DNA from: Macrostomum lignano
Taxonomy: Eukaryota
Assembly: GCA_002269645.1 (NCBI GenBank)
Contig: NIVC01002359.1
Coordinates: 62,001-126,000, forward strand
DNA: 64,000 nucleotides
Reading direction: 5' to 3'
Shown one piece after another: positions 34,150 to 47,116 of this stretch. The translations under genes and the position numbers were made by a program. The notes below the pieces were generated by a model. It had not been told where the DNA came from. It did not search any database and worked only from the letters and a program-made list of their open reading frames with translations. Positions within the stretch are counted from its first letter, which is position 1. Each line of letters begins with the position of its first letter.

Positions 34150-37100
34150 TCATCGCAGTTTCTTCCTTTCCCGCCTGGCCTTCCGGCCCGGCAGCGCCGT
34201 CGGCTCCAACGTCTCGCGGGTGTCGGTGCAGACGCCGACAAAGCACCGGCCAACGGCCGTCGCCACCGCGGCAGCAGGGGCCGCAGTCGTCAGGCTGTCG
34301 TCGCGCCACCCCTCCTCGTAGTCGTCGTCGATGCAGCAGATGAAGTAGCAGAGGCAGCAGATGAGGCAGCCGGGAACGCCGAATATCAGCAGGCTGAGCA
34401 GCGGCTGGCGAATCGCCAGCGACTGCGTGGGCGGGGCGGGGTGAGGGCGGCGGGCCACTGGCATTAGCGTACATAAGCCAGCTAGTTAGAAGCAGATGAA
34501 CTCCGTGTCTCTGCGTAGGAAGTTATACGTACACCACACAAATTCACACCAATGTACACGAAGTTACACAACTTTACACCAATTTACGCCAATGTAAGCC
34601 AATTTACACCATTGAGCACCGATATACACCAATATACACGAATATACACCAATGTACACCAATATACACCAATGTACACCAATGTACACCATTGAGCACT
34701 GATATACACCAATATACACCAATGTACACCAATGTACACCAATATACACCAATATACACCAATATACACCAATGTACACCAATGTACACCAATGTACACC
34801 AATGTACAGGGATCAGCACGCACCGCCACTCCCACAACGAGTCCGTAGACAAAGCGCCTTATGGACACCAGGAATCCGGCAATGCTGTATGCGGGCAGCT
34901 GGTCATTCAGCGCCAGCAGCACGTGACTGCGCAACGAATTGACAGTCAGGCCGACCGCCGGCCGGTGGTAGTCCTGGCGCAGGTAGTAGACGCTGGTGTT
35001 GGGGTTCAGCACCAACAGGTTCGGGCTGGGCAGGCGGGTCATGGCCAGGCTGGTCAGGGCCTGGTCAGAGTCGGTCCAGGCGAACTGCACTCGGTCGAGC
35101 TCGGCTTCTCTAGCCTCGGCCAGCTGCCGGCCCAGCCGCAGGAAGCGGAGCTCCTCAGCTGATGGCTGGCCATCATCGGCGGCGTTGCCAACCAGCATGA
35201 TGACGAGCAGCTTGAAGCAGGGGCTGAGAGACTGGGAGAACTGGTCGCCAACCTGTAGTAATTTTGCATCAGGGCGCCAAAATGAGTGAATGCGGCGCTA
35301 AAATGAGAGAATACGGCGCTAAAATGAGTGAATGCGGCGCTAAAATGAGAGAATACGGCACTAAAATGAGTGAATACGGCGCTAAAATGAGTGAATACGG
35401 CACAAAAATGAGTGAATACGGCACAAAAATGAGTGAATACGGCGCTAAAATGAGTGAATGCAGCGCTAAAATGAGTGAATACGACGCTAAAATGAGTGAA
35501 TTCGGCGCTAAAATGAGTGCCTGAGGCGCCAAAATGAATGCATGGGGTGCCAAAATGAGTGCCTGCGGCGCCAAAATAAGTGCCACAAAAGTTCTTTCTT
35601 TAATACTATCTATTTTTACGATAATTTTTTAAATTATGAGCTAATTATCTACATAGTTTCGCAATAATTTGACTTTGAAGTTTCGGAGTTCTGTAAAAAC
35701 GAGTAGAAAGTCACTGTTGGCACATGTAGTCTCTTTTGAGTTTAAAACATCTAACTACGGATGTTACCTACTTGACTGGGATCGCTGGTGTGTTTTCGAG
35801 TGAGCTGTGTACAATCTAGGGATTCTCCCTGGAGCCTATCTGCGTACAATCTGGGGTGGGGAATTCCCCCGCAGCCTATCTGCGTACAATCTGGGGTGGG
35901 GAATTCCCCCGCAGCCTATCTGCGTACAATCTGGGGTGGGGGATTCCCCCGCAGCCTATCTGCGTACAATCTGGGGTGGGGGATTCCCCCGCAGCCTATC
36001 TGCGTACAATCTGGGGTGGGGGATTCCCCCGCAGCCTATCTGCGTACAATCTGGGGTGGGGAATTCCCCCGCAGCCTATCTGCGTACAATCTGGGGTGGG
36101 GGATTCCCCCGCAGCCTATCTGCGTACAATCTGGGGTGGGGGATTCCCCGCAGCCTATCTGCGTACAATCTGGAGTGGGGGATTCCCCCGCAGCCTATCT
36201 GCGTACAATCTGGGGTGGGGGATTCCCCCGCAGCCTATCTGCGTACAATCTGGGGTGGGGAGTTCCCCCTGAAGCCAATCTGCAAACAATCTGGGGTGGG
36301 GAGTTCCCCCTGAAGCCAATCTGCAAACAATATGGGGTGGGGGATTCCCCCGCAGCCTATCTGCGTACAATCTGGAGTGGGGGATTCCCCCGCAGCCTAT
36401 CTGCGTACAATCTGGGGTGGAGATTCCCACGCAGCCTATATGCGTACAATCTGGGGTGGGGGATTCCCCCGCAGCCTATCTGCGTACAATCTGGGGTGGA
36501 GATTCCCACGCAGCCTATCTGCGTACAATCTGGGGTGGGGAGTTCCCCCTGAAGCCAATCTGCAAACAATCTGGGGTGGGGAATTCCCCCGCAGCCTATC
36601 TGCGTACAATCTGGGGTGGAGATTCCCACGCAGCCTATCTGCGTACAATCTGGGGTGGGGAATTCCCCCGCAGCCTATCTGCGTACAATCTGGGGTGGGG
36701 AATTCCCCCTGAAGCCTGTCTGCGTACAATCTGGGGTGTGGGATTCCCACGCAGCCTATTTGCGTACAATCGGGGGTTTCCCCGCAGCACGCACCTTGGG
36801 GAAGGTGAGCAGACGCTCGTCAGCGGTCCAAACAAGCATTCGATCCTTTTCGAAGGGGCCGGGAAACACGGTGACGCGGCGGTCGCGGACCGACACGAGA
36901 AGGGCACTCTGGGAGAATGACGAGGCGCCGGGAAGCTGCAAGAGACTCTTGAGTCGAGCCAGCAGCTCTGCCTGATCGCCCTCGGCAATGTAGAAACTGT
37001 TTCGGCCGCGAAATTCTTTAGCCAGATTGTCGTACAGCTTCTTCAGGTGGCAGAGTGGGTTTGTAAATTATATTTATGACCGTAATTAAAGACATGAAAA

Positions 37101-38958
37101 CTAACAAAATCTTACAAATTCATCAGATTTGGCGCTGCCGACGAACAGGAAAGATGTGGCATTGATGGATTCGGCGAAGGCCTGCTCGAAGTGCGCCAGG
37201 CTGACCAAATCTCGGACTGGGGCGCTGGAGCGCAGGAATTGGGGCCATGGTATTATTATAGTGCACTATGTACTTTTAATTCCATAGCTAAGAATAGTTT
37301 CATAATTCCCTTCTTCCTGATTACCCTCTTTCTGATTCTCTTCTTCCGGATTCCCCTCTTTCTGATTCTCTTCTACCGGATTCCCCTTTTCCTGATTCTC
37401 CTCTTTCTGATTCTCCTCTTCCTGATCCCCCTCTTCCTGATTTCCTTCTTCCTGATTCCCCTCTTCTTGATTCCTCTCTTCCTGATTCCCCTCTTCTTGA
37501 TTCCTCTCTTCCTGATTCCCCTCTTCTTGATTCCTCTCTTCCTGATTCCCCTCTTTCTGATTCTCTTCTACCGGATTCCCCTCTTCCTGATTCTCCTCTT
37601 TCTGATTCTCCTCTTCCTGATCCCCCTCTTCCTGATTTCCTTCTTCCTGATTCCCCTCTTCTTGATTCCTCTCTTCCTGATTCCCCTCTTCTTGATTCCT
37701 CTCTTCCTGATTCCCCTCTTTCTGATTCCCCTCTTGTTTCTGATTCCCTTCTGCCGGAATCGCCTCTTTCTGATTTACCTCTTCTTGATTCTCTTCTTCT
37801 GGATTTCCCAATTCCAGATTCCGCAACTCCTGATTCCCTGATTCCGCAACTTTCCAATACCCCTTTTCAAATGATACTCTTCGGATTCTCTCTTGAGCAG
37901 CCCCTGCTCACCCGGCCAGAAGTTCGGCGAATCTGACGAAATCATCGGCAGTCCGATCTCCCGCGTGCACCTGCTTGGTGCTGCCACGAACGCTGAATCG
38001 AGAGATTTATGAATTCAAAGACGATCAGCCTCATCTCATCCATCCACTCTCTGCATGCAATCATCCACTCTCACCCCTATTATACCCAACCCATCACCAG
38101 TGGCTCACAACAGCACAGTCGGATAGGAGGCCACGGAGAAGGCGGTGGCAGCCGAGCGGCTTCGGGTTGCATCGATTCGAACCGTCCGGATGCCGCGCCG
38201 ACCAAGGCGTTCGCCTGCGGCCACAAAGTCGGCCTGGACCTCCTGGCAGTGGCCGCACCAGGGCGCGTGGAACTGGCGGATGGGGGGCATTGGGGCGGAG
38301 AGAATGGGGTGGGACTACTGGGGGCGGAGGGAATGGGGTGGGACTACTGGGGGCGGAGGGAATGGGGTGGGACTACTGGGGGCGGAGAGAATGGGGTGAG
38401 GGGACGCTGGAGGCGGATGGAATGGGGTGAGGGGACAATGGGGGCGGATGCAATGGGGTGGGGGACACTGGGGCGGATGTAATGGGGTGAGTGGACAATG
38501 AGGGCGGATGCAATGGGGTGAGTGGACAATGGGGGCGGATGCAATGGGGTGGGGGACACTGGAGGCGGATGGAATGGGATGAGGGGACACTGGGGCGGAT
38601 GGAATGGGATGAGGGGACACTGGGGCGGATGGAATGGGATGAGGGGACACTGGGGCGGATGGAATGGGATGAGGGGACACTGGGGCGGATGGAATGGGAT
38701 GAGGGGACACTGGGGCGGATGGAATGGGGTGTGTATGCCCCATAGTGCATATGTATCACTCACGAGCACCAGATAGGGTGTGTCTGGATCTCTCAGATAG
38801 ACAAAATCATCTCCAGCGTCGATTACTGACTGCGGGTGTGCAGCCTTGCTGAGCAGCTGATGCGCAGTCGGGGCCACGGTGGTGGCTGCTGTTCGCTGCT
38901 CCATGAATAGCAGAAGCAGCAGAAATCCTTGAGAAAACCCTGAATAAAAGTTGAGCAT
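34150..38958 (-). CDS. TMX3: Thioredoxin-related transmembrane protein 3 (PDI family), 7 exons, ~498 aa
   Basis: Exons 38764-38958, 38109-38272, 37912-37992, 37116-37224, 36795-37040 (acceptor may be 37037), 34824-35252, 34150-34422 (phases match). Signal peptide, FHAPWCGHC active site, RIDAT..S.A..F.V..YPT, two inactive Trx-like domains, transmembrane segment QPLLSLLIFGVPGCLICCLCYFIC resembling TMX3 PLMGCFLFGLPLGVISIMCY, and C-terminal KKLR ER-retrieval-like end. Confidence 0.9.
34550..34810. repeat. 10-bp minisatellite, TMX3 intron 6
   Basis: AATGTACACC / AATATACACC. Confidence 0.95.
35270..35585. repeat. 21-bp minisatellite, TMX3 intron 5
   Basis: Unit GGCGCTAAAATGAGTGAATAC. Confidence 0.93.
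35810..36790. repeat. 40-bp minisatellite, TMX3 intron 5
   Basis: Unit GCAGCCTATCTGCGTACAATCTGGGGTGGGGAATTCCCCC. Confidence 0.97.
37310..37860. repeat. 15-bp minisatellite, TMX3 intron 3
   Basis: Unit CTGATTCCCCTCTTC. Confidence 0.93.
38290..38730. repeat. G-rich ~30-bp minisatellite, TMX3 intron 1
   Basis: Unit GGATGGAATGGGATGAGGGGACACTGGGGC. Confidence 0.93.
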
Positions 38959-39019
38959 TTTTGTTTCGAATATTTGAATCTGGGAGACTGTATGAAGTGA
39001 CGTGCCGATGCAAATTATC

Positions 39020-39365
39020 TTAATTGAGAGTGCCAATATCAGATTTGAGAGTGCCGATATCTGATTTGGGACTGCCAATATCAGAGTTGGGAGTGCCAAT
39101 ATCAGATTTGGGAGTGCCGATATCAGAGTTGGGAGTGCCGATATCAGATTTGAGAGTGCCAATATCAGAATCGGGAGTGCCAATATCTGAATCGGGAGTG
39201 CCAATATCAGATTTGGGAGTGCCAATATCTGAATCGGGAGTGCCAATATCAGATTTGGGAGTGCCAATATCTGAATCGAGAGTGCCAATATCTGAATCGG
39301 GAGTGCCAATATCAGGTTTGGGAGTGCCGATATCAGATTTGGGAGTGCCAATATCTGAATCGCTA
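39020..39365. repeat. 21-bp minisatellite directly upstream of the TMX3 start
   Basis: Unit GGGAGTGCCAATATCAGATTT. Confidence 0.93.
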
Positions 39366-40029
39366 ATCAAGGGCGCCGATGTCGCAAGTTATTTTAGCGC
39401 ACAAAACTATATCAATAGTAGCAGCTTAGCACAAGCTGCACTTCAATTTGCTAACTGCTTTGCTAATGCATGTCTATAAAATAATTATATGCGCCTACAT
39501 GTATGCGAGTATTTGCGTGTCTGTACTACTACAAGTAGTAATATAGTTAAGAATGTGCAGGAATGCAACTGTTATACGCACTTATCCGTATAATACACAA
39601 ACGGGACAACATTAAAGTACGTTTTAGCAAAGTTGAAGATTTAAAAAAATCCGGATTAACAAAATTCTAATTTAAACGAATCTACTGAATTTTTCAATTC
39701 GGATAGCTTACAGGCCAGGACAATCGCAGCTGTTTGACATTTGCACTGCATGCTACCCGGAAGTTCGTATTCTTATTGTAATGTAGCTAATCGATTTTTT
39801 CTCAATTAAATATCTGTTTAGAAATGGCAAACCTTTAGCACAGAAATAGCATAGATTTATGAAATGCCGGTGCTAATCCTCTGGAAATAAAATTCGAAAA
39901 AATAAGATTACCAATTATATGTAGATTATACTTCAAGTATTGGTAAAAATAAATTAATATGAATAGCTCGCAATTGTAGTTGTAGCCAAAGAGACTTAGG
40001 AATCAAGATTCCCGTACCCTCGCATTGAG

Positions 40030-41520
40030 ATATGAGGGTAGGAATGTGGAGTGGGTGAGAGGGGTAGGACTGTGGGGTGGGTGAGAGGGGTAGAAGAATG
40101 GGATGGGTGAGAGGGGTAGGAATGTGGGGTGGGTGAGAGGGGTAGGACTGTGGGGTGGGTGAGAGGGGTAGAAGAATGGGATGGGTGAGAGGGGTAGGAC
40201 TGTGGGGTGGGTGAGAGGGATAGGAATGTGGGGTGGGTGAGAGGGGTAGGAATGTGGGGTGGGTGAGAGGGATAGGAATGTGGGGTGGGTGAGAGGGGTA
40301 GGAATGTGGGGTGGGTGAGAGGGGTAGGAATGTGGGGTGGGTGAGAGGGGTAGAAGAATGGGATGGGTGAGAGGGGTAGGAATGTGGGGTGGGTGAGAGG
40401 GGTAGGACTGTGGGGTGGGTGAGAGGGGTAGAAGAATGGGATGGGTGAGAGGGGTAGGACTGTGGGGTGGGTGAGAGGGATAGGAATGTGGGGTGGGTGA
40501 GAGGGGTAGGAATGTGGGGTGGGTGAGAGGGATAGGAATGTGGGGTGGGTGAGAGGGGTAGGAATGTGGGGTGGGTGAGAGGGGTAGAAGAATGGGATGG
40601 GTGAGAGGGGTAGGACTGTGGGGTGGGTGAGAGGGATAGGAATGTGGGGTGGGTGAGAGGGGTAGGAATGTGGGGTGGGTGAGAGGGGTAGGAATGTGGG
40701 GTGGGTGAGAGGGGTAGAAGAATGGGATGGGTGAGAGGGGTAGGAATGTGGGGTGGGTGAGAGGGATAGGAATGTGGGGTGAGTGAGAGGGATAGGAATG
40801 TGGGGTGGGTGAGAGGGGTAGAAGAATGGGATGGGTGAGAGGGGTAGGACTGTGGGGTGGGTGAGAGGGATAGGAATGTGGGGTGGGTGAGAGGGGTAGG
40901 AATGTGGGGTGGGTGAGAGGGGTAGGACTGTGGGGTGGGTGAGAGGGGTAGAAGAATGGGATGGGTGAGAGGGGTAGGACTGTGGGGTGGGTGAGAGGGA
41001 TAGGAATGTGGGGTGGGTGAGAGGGGTAGGAATGTGGAGTGGGTGAGAGGGGTAGGACTGTGGGGTGGGTGAGAGGGGTAGGACTGTGGGGTGGGTGAGA
41101 GGGGTAGGACTGTGGGGTGGGTGAGAGGGGTAGGACTGTGGGGTGGGTGAGAGGGATAGGAATGTGGGGTGGGTGAGAGGGGTAGGAATGTGGAGTGGGT
41201 GAGAGGGGTAGAAGAATGGGATGGGTGAGAGGGGTAGGACTGTGGGGTGGGTGAGAGGGATAGGAATGTGGGGTGGGTGAGAGGGGTAGGAATGTGGAGT
41301 GGGTGAGAGGGGTAGAAGAATGGGATGGGTGAGAGGGGTAGGACTGTGGGGTGGGTGAGAGGGATAGGAATGTGGGGTGGGTGAGAGGGGTAGGAATGTG
41401 GAGTGGGTGAGAGGGGTAGGACTGTGGGTGGGTGAGAGGGATAGGAATGTGGGGTGGGTGAGAGGGATAGGAGTGTGGGGTGGGTGAGAGGGGTAGAAGT
41501 ATGGGTGGAGGGTGAGAGGG
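40030..41520. repeat. G-rich 26-bp minisatellite (G4-prone)
   Basis: Unit GGAATGTGGGGTGGGTGAGAGGGGTA, with three interleaved variants. Confidence 0.97.
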
Positions 41521-42294
41521 GTAAGAGTTGTGGGTCGGTGAGAGGGGCAGGAATATGCATTTGTATTAGGTAATTGTCAAATGCCAAAGACATAAAAAAG
41601 TAATTCTAGCTCGCATTCGATAAAAAATTGATATGCAAATTGACGCAACTGGCATGTGCTGCAATCACAGAATTTATTAGAACGTGTACTATATTACTTA
41701 TGTTAATTAATTAATGTACTGCATAATACAGAATATTGACATAAGCAAAAAAGTAATCGAAAAAAATCAACCAATCAATCGTGCAAAACATTTACAATAC
41801 ATGATTGGACATGTATATACAGAATTGATGCAAAAAATGATTGGACTATACATAATTTGTTTTTTAATCATACACAAAAAGTACTGTAGAAACAGACTTA
41901 AGCCGATTCCAAGAAACATACCGAGATGGAAAATAGTCGAAAATCTAAAATAACAATAATAATAATAATGAGCAAAGGAAATCCAGAGACAACTGCAAGT
42001 AAAAAAAGCAAACAACCTAAACGCCGGCCGTGTTAATAGTTGAAAAAATATATTGACTTTGGGACAATCAATTTTAATGAATTGATAACCCGGCACAATT
42101 CATAGCACGGATATGCATACGCTCGTACTTTTAAAAATGACGGACTACACTATACTACTGACGCATAATACTTTTACAAGTAGGATCTGACTGGGAAATC
42201 GAAATTTTTGATTGACAAGCTTTCTCGATCAACTTATTTTCTGTTTAATAGCCGTTTTGAAACAAAAAAGGGAATAGGAAAAGGGGAATTTTTA

Positions 42295-42955
42295 CCTGAA
42301 GCTTTGGGATCTGAGATATTGACTTTGGGAAATAGGGATTTTCTACCTGAAGCTTTGGAATCTGAGATATTGACTTGGGGAAATAGGGATTTTCTACCTG
42401 AAGCTTTGGGATCTGAGATATTGACTTGGGGAAATAGGGATTTTCTACCTGAAGCTTTGGGATCTGAGATATTGACTTGGGGAAATAGGGATTTTCTACC
42501 TGAAGCTTTGGGATCTAAGATATTGACTTGGGAAAATAGGGATTTTCTACATGAAGCTTTGGGATCTGAGATATTGACTTTGGGAAATAGGGATTTTCTA
42601 CATGAAGCTTTGGGATCTGAGATATTGACTTGGGGAAATAGGGATTTTCTACCTGAAGCTTTGGGATCTGAGATATTGACTTGGGGAAATAGGGATTTTC
42701 TACCTGAAGCTTTGGGATCTGAGATATTGACTTGGGGAAATAGGGATTTTCTACCTGAAGCTTTGGGATCTGAGATATTGACTTTGGGAAATAGGGATTT
42801 TCTACATGAAGCTTTGGGATCTGAGATATTGACTTGGGAAATAGGGATTTTCTACCTGAAGCTTTGGGATCTAAGATATTGACTTGGGGAAATAGGGATT
42901 TTCTACATGAAGCTTTGGGATCTGAGATATTGACTTTGGGAAATAGGGATTTTTA
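42295..42955. repeat. 51-bp minisatellite downstream of the RagC stop
   Basis: Unit GAAATAGGGATTTTCTACCTGAAGCTTTGGGATCTGAGATATTGACTTGGG, ~13 copies. Confidence 0.97.
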
Positions 42956-43190
42956 GAAGTTTTCTAACTATTAAAACTTCTAAAAAATATTGATTTATTG
43001 ATCAGCAGCTTTCTAATCGAAAATGTTTGCATGGGATCTGAAATTTGAAGTAAACCGGGATTCTCAATATCTGATTTGGGATCAAGATGCTGAGCAAGCG
43101 CCCGTTACATCAGAATGGAATTCGGCACTTATATAAAATACGAGATCGCTGTCCGGGTGCGGGCGATAATTAGATTCGGCAATTCAATTC

Positions 43191-46168
43191 TCAAGCTTTG
43201 GCTCCCTGCTGCTGCTGCTGCCTGTTTGTCAGCGAAGCTTCGATGCTCTTCAACACGCCCGGCAGTTGCTGCGGCCCGGTGGCTGGCGAGGCCGCGCCCG
43301 GCTGCCGAAGGCTGAGCACCTTCTGCAGGCCCTGGCGAACTCGCTGGAAATTGTACTCGATAATGCCCTGCCTGTCCATGCCCTCCTCGCGGAGCACGCA
43401 GACCAAAGCCAGGCGGCGATCGACGCCGCGCAGCAGCAGCACTGTGCTGTTGTCAAGGCGGATGGAGGCGGCCGTTTCCTCGCTGAACCCGGCCGACTCG
43501 TCTGCCAGCTCCGGACTGCGGGTGGTTGGGGATGCCGCTGTTCTGAGATCTGGGGATGCCGCTGTTCTGAGATCTGGGGATTCTGCTGTTTTGAGATTTG
43601 GGGATGCCGCTGTTCTGAGATCTGGGGATTCTGCTGTTTTGAGATTTGGGGATGCCGCTGTTCTGAGATCTGGGGATTCTGCTGTTTTGAGATTTGGGGG
43701 TGCTGCTGTTTTGAGATCTGGGGATTCTGCTGTTTTGAGATTTGGGGGTGCTGCTGTTCTCAGATGGGGATTCTATCATTCTGAGGTGGGGATTCTGTAA
43801 TCCTGAGATGGGAATTCTGCCATTCCGGGATGGGAATTCTGCCATTCCGGGGTGGGAATTCTGCCATTCTGGGGTGGGGATTCTGCCATTCTGGGGTGGG
43901 GATTCTGCCATTCTGATACGGGGATTCTGCTATTCTGAGGTGGGGATTCTGCCATTCTGGGGGTGGGGATTCTGCTATTCTGGGGGTGGGGATTCTGCCA
44001 TTCTGGGTGGGGATTCTGCCATTCTGATACGGGGATTCTGCTATTCTGAGGTGGGGATTCTGTCATTCTGGGGTGGGGATTCTGCCATTCTGGGTGGGGA
44101 TTCTGCTATTCTGGGGTGGGGATTCTGCTATTCTGGGGTGGGGATTCTGCCATTCTGGGGTGGGGATTCTGCTATTCTGGTGTGGGGATTTTGCCATTCT
44201 GATACGGGGATTCTGCTATTCTGAGGTGGGGATTCTGCCATTCTGGGGGTGGGGATTCTGCTATTCTGGTGTGGGGATTTTGCCATTCTGATACGGGGAT
44301 TCTGCTATTCTGAGGTGGGGATTCTGCCATTCTGGGGGTGGGGATTCTGCTATTCTGGGGTGGGGATTCTGCTATTCTGGGGTGGGGATTCTGCCATTCT
44401 GGGGTGGGGATTCTGCTATTCTGGTGTGGGGATTTTGCCATTCTGATACGGGGATTCTGCTATTCTGAGGTGGGGATTCTGCCATTCTGGGGGTGGGGAT
44501 TCTGCTATTCTGGGGTGGGGATTCTGCTATTCTGGGGTGGGGATTCTGCTGTTCTGAGAAGGGGGTTACAGGTTAGGATTAAGCCATTTTAAAGCCAAAG
44601 AGGTTCTTAACAGATGTTCAAACGTATGTACCAATAGCTCACCCATCTGAATAAATAGTGCCAACGTCCACCACAAGGTCGATCATATCGCAGCAGAGCT
44701 CGTAAACCTGCATGTCAACGGGTGACGGGTCTGTTGCTATGTAAATTTTGGTTGCCACGTCGAACAGGAATGCTTTCTCGAGACCGGAGTTCTGAAAAGA
44801 GGGGAATAGAAGATATTTGTTATTATAATTCTCCCATCATATAACATTATCATATTATTGCTCCAGTAAACACTATACTAAAAAAGTCTAGACCAAACAA
44901 ATCGCGATTGGCTTACATTGCAGAAAATATTGAGCAAACTTTCGAACGCGCCCATATGCGGGATGAGCTTCTGCACCACTTTGCTGAACGCTTCGAAAAT
45001 CGAATGGTCGTAAATAGTAGTCAGGTGATAGTGAATATTGATCACTTCATTGCCTGCGGAGATTAGATAGGATAGATAGGATAGGGGTATTTATTTAATA
45101 AACAAAAACTATCCAAGTGACTGTTTAGTAAAACATGCGCAACCTTGGGAATCCCCTGGCCGTTTCTATTGGCAACACACACACATGTAGGTTGCTATTG
45201 GCTGCGAGGAGTCACGTGACTACTACCTGTCCAATAGCGACTTACACGATTGAGGGTGATTACCAAGGTTGCGCCCAGACATGAGCCCAGTGGTCCAGCG
45301 CGGCGCTTTTTATCCCAGCGGCCGCGGCTCGATTCCAAGTGCAGTCACATTAGTTCTGTGGCTAAATTGGAATCTCGGCTTGGCTCTGCTAATGCAGTTA
45401 ACAGCCTTGAGGGCCAACCCCCAAGGCAGAGTGAAGTGCACATGCCTAACGATAAATAAAGTTAGGGCCGCTGTACACTCCAGTGTGAATGTGCCTGTGC
45501 GTATGACTGCGTACGTATCAGCGTGCTTCTGTGCCTGCTCAGGGGAGTCGACGGAATGGGCAGTGATGCCTCTCGCCGGTTGTGACAATGTCGCTTAAAG
45601 TGGTGCCAGGGTGCACACAGCTGCCAGCCCACTGTCTAACAGCGGCCGTGGCGACCATGTGCCGAAAATTTTGCGTCTCAGAAAGATTCGCGTGTAGTCT
45701 GAACCACAGAATTTAAAGTACATTTAGAAAAGTGGCCGGAATTGCATGTCCGGAACTTGTCCGAAAGCGGATACTAGTGGCCGAAATTTGGAAACTTTAG
45801 TTGATCATCGTTAACTTATAACTGGCCACATTTTGATCAAATGAATCAAAGGTTTGCTCGCTTTCGCATTTCGGGGTCACCATTTTTCGTGTGAGGTCCG
45901 AGAATTCGATTATATTGTGATTTCAGATTTTAAGCCACAAATTTTCATAGTTTATCCGATAGTTAGATTTTTTCATTTTGCATGTATTTGACAACTCTTA
46001 AACTGTCCAGTAACTGTTCCTTGCAGCTAAGGACAACCTGCACGTTTTCTGAGCTACACTTGCTCAGAGCTACATTTGGCCTGGCATTTGACTTGCTCAT
46101 GCAAGTGTAGCTCAGACTGTCGCGACTTTCTTAGTCATTTCTTTAGTTCACCTTCACTTATCTCTGTT

Positions 46169-46242
<74 letters not shown>

Positions 46243-47027
46243 ACCCCCAATCACTCGATTGCAAACTTTGTCTCCATTGCTATCGAACAAGTTCTTAATA
46301 ACAACAAAATCGAACTAAGGGAAGAAATCTGGATTAAAAAACTGGGGACTGACAAACCGCCAGGTACGAACATCAGGGTCGACAATCATCTTCTCCGACC
46401 CATCCCAATGGTCTTTCCTTTTCACCCATCTACGGTCTGGCTTGCCAACGAGATTGCTAAAAACTTTGATAAGCTACAAAATAAACCAGGCTCCCGCATA
46501 CTGCCCGCTTTTACACGGCAACGTAACTTACAGAGCCTCCTGGCTCCCAATAACTTCAAGTCTCAGCCAGGAAACATTGAATCATTTTAACCAATGCGCT
46601 ATTTTTACCCTATTGAAATACAATATTTATTCACGTGTCATTTATTTTATTTTATCCAAACTGCTTAATTGTACGCTCAATATTGATTTTTATGCTCCTA
46701 CCCCCAATACCGGCATTTCATATAATCGTATAGTATCGCATATCGTATAGTACTTCGAAATAACAATTTTTTATAACAAATATACCGTCGTTTAAAATGA
46801 ATGGTGGAAAGCCTCTGGGACAAGTTAGAGCTAGGCAAAACAGGGTTTTAAATGTACATCCCTCATATGTACAACTACTCATCAATTCTATCAGACTAAG
46901 AAAAATAATACTTAAAAGACCAACTTGAATTGCATGACACACAGATTTTTTGGCCTGACGAAGAGCCCAGAGGCTCGAAACCGGTAGCCCAGATTTATTT
47001 AATTATTTTTTAAAAACGCCGTGACCT

Positions 47028-47116
<89 letters not shown>

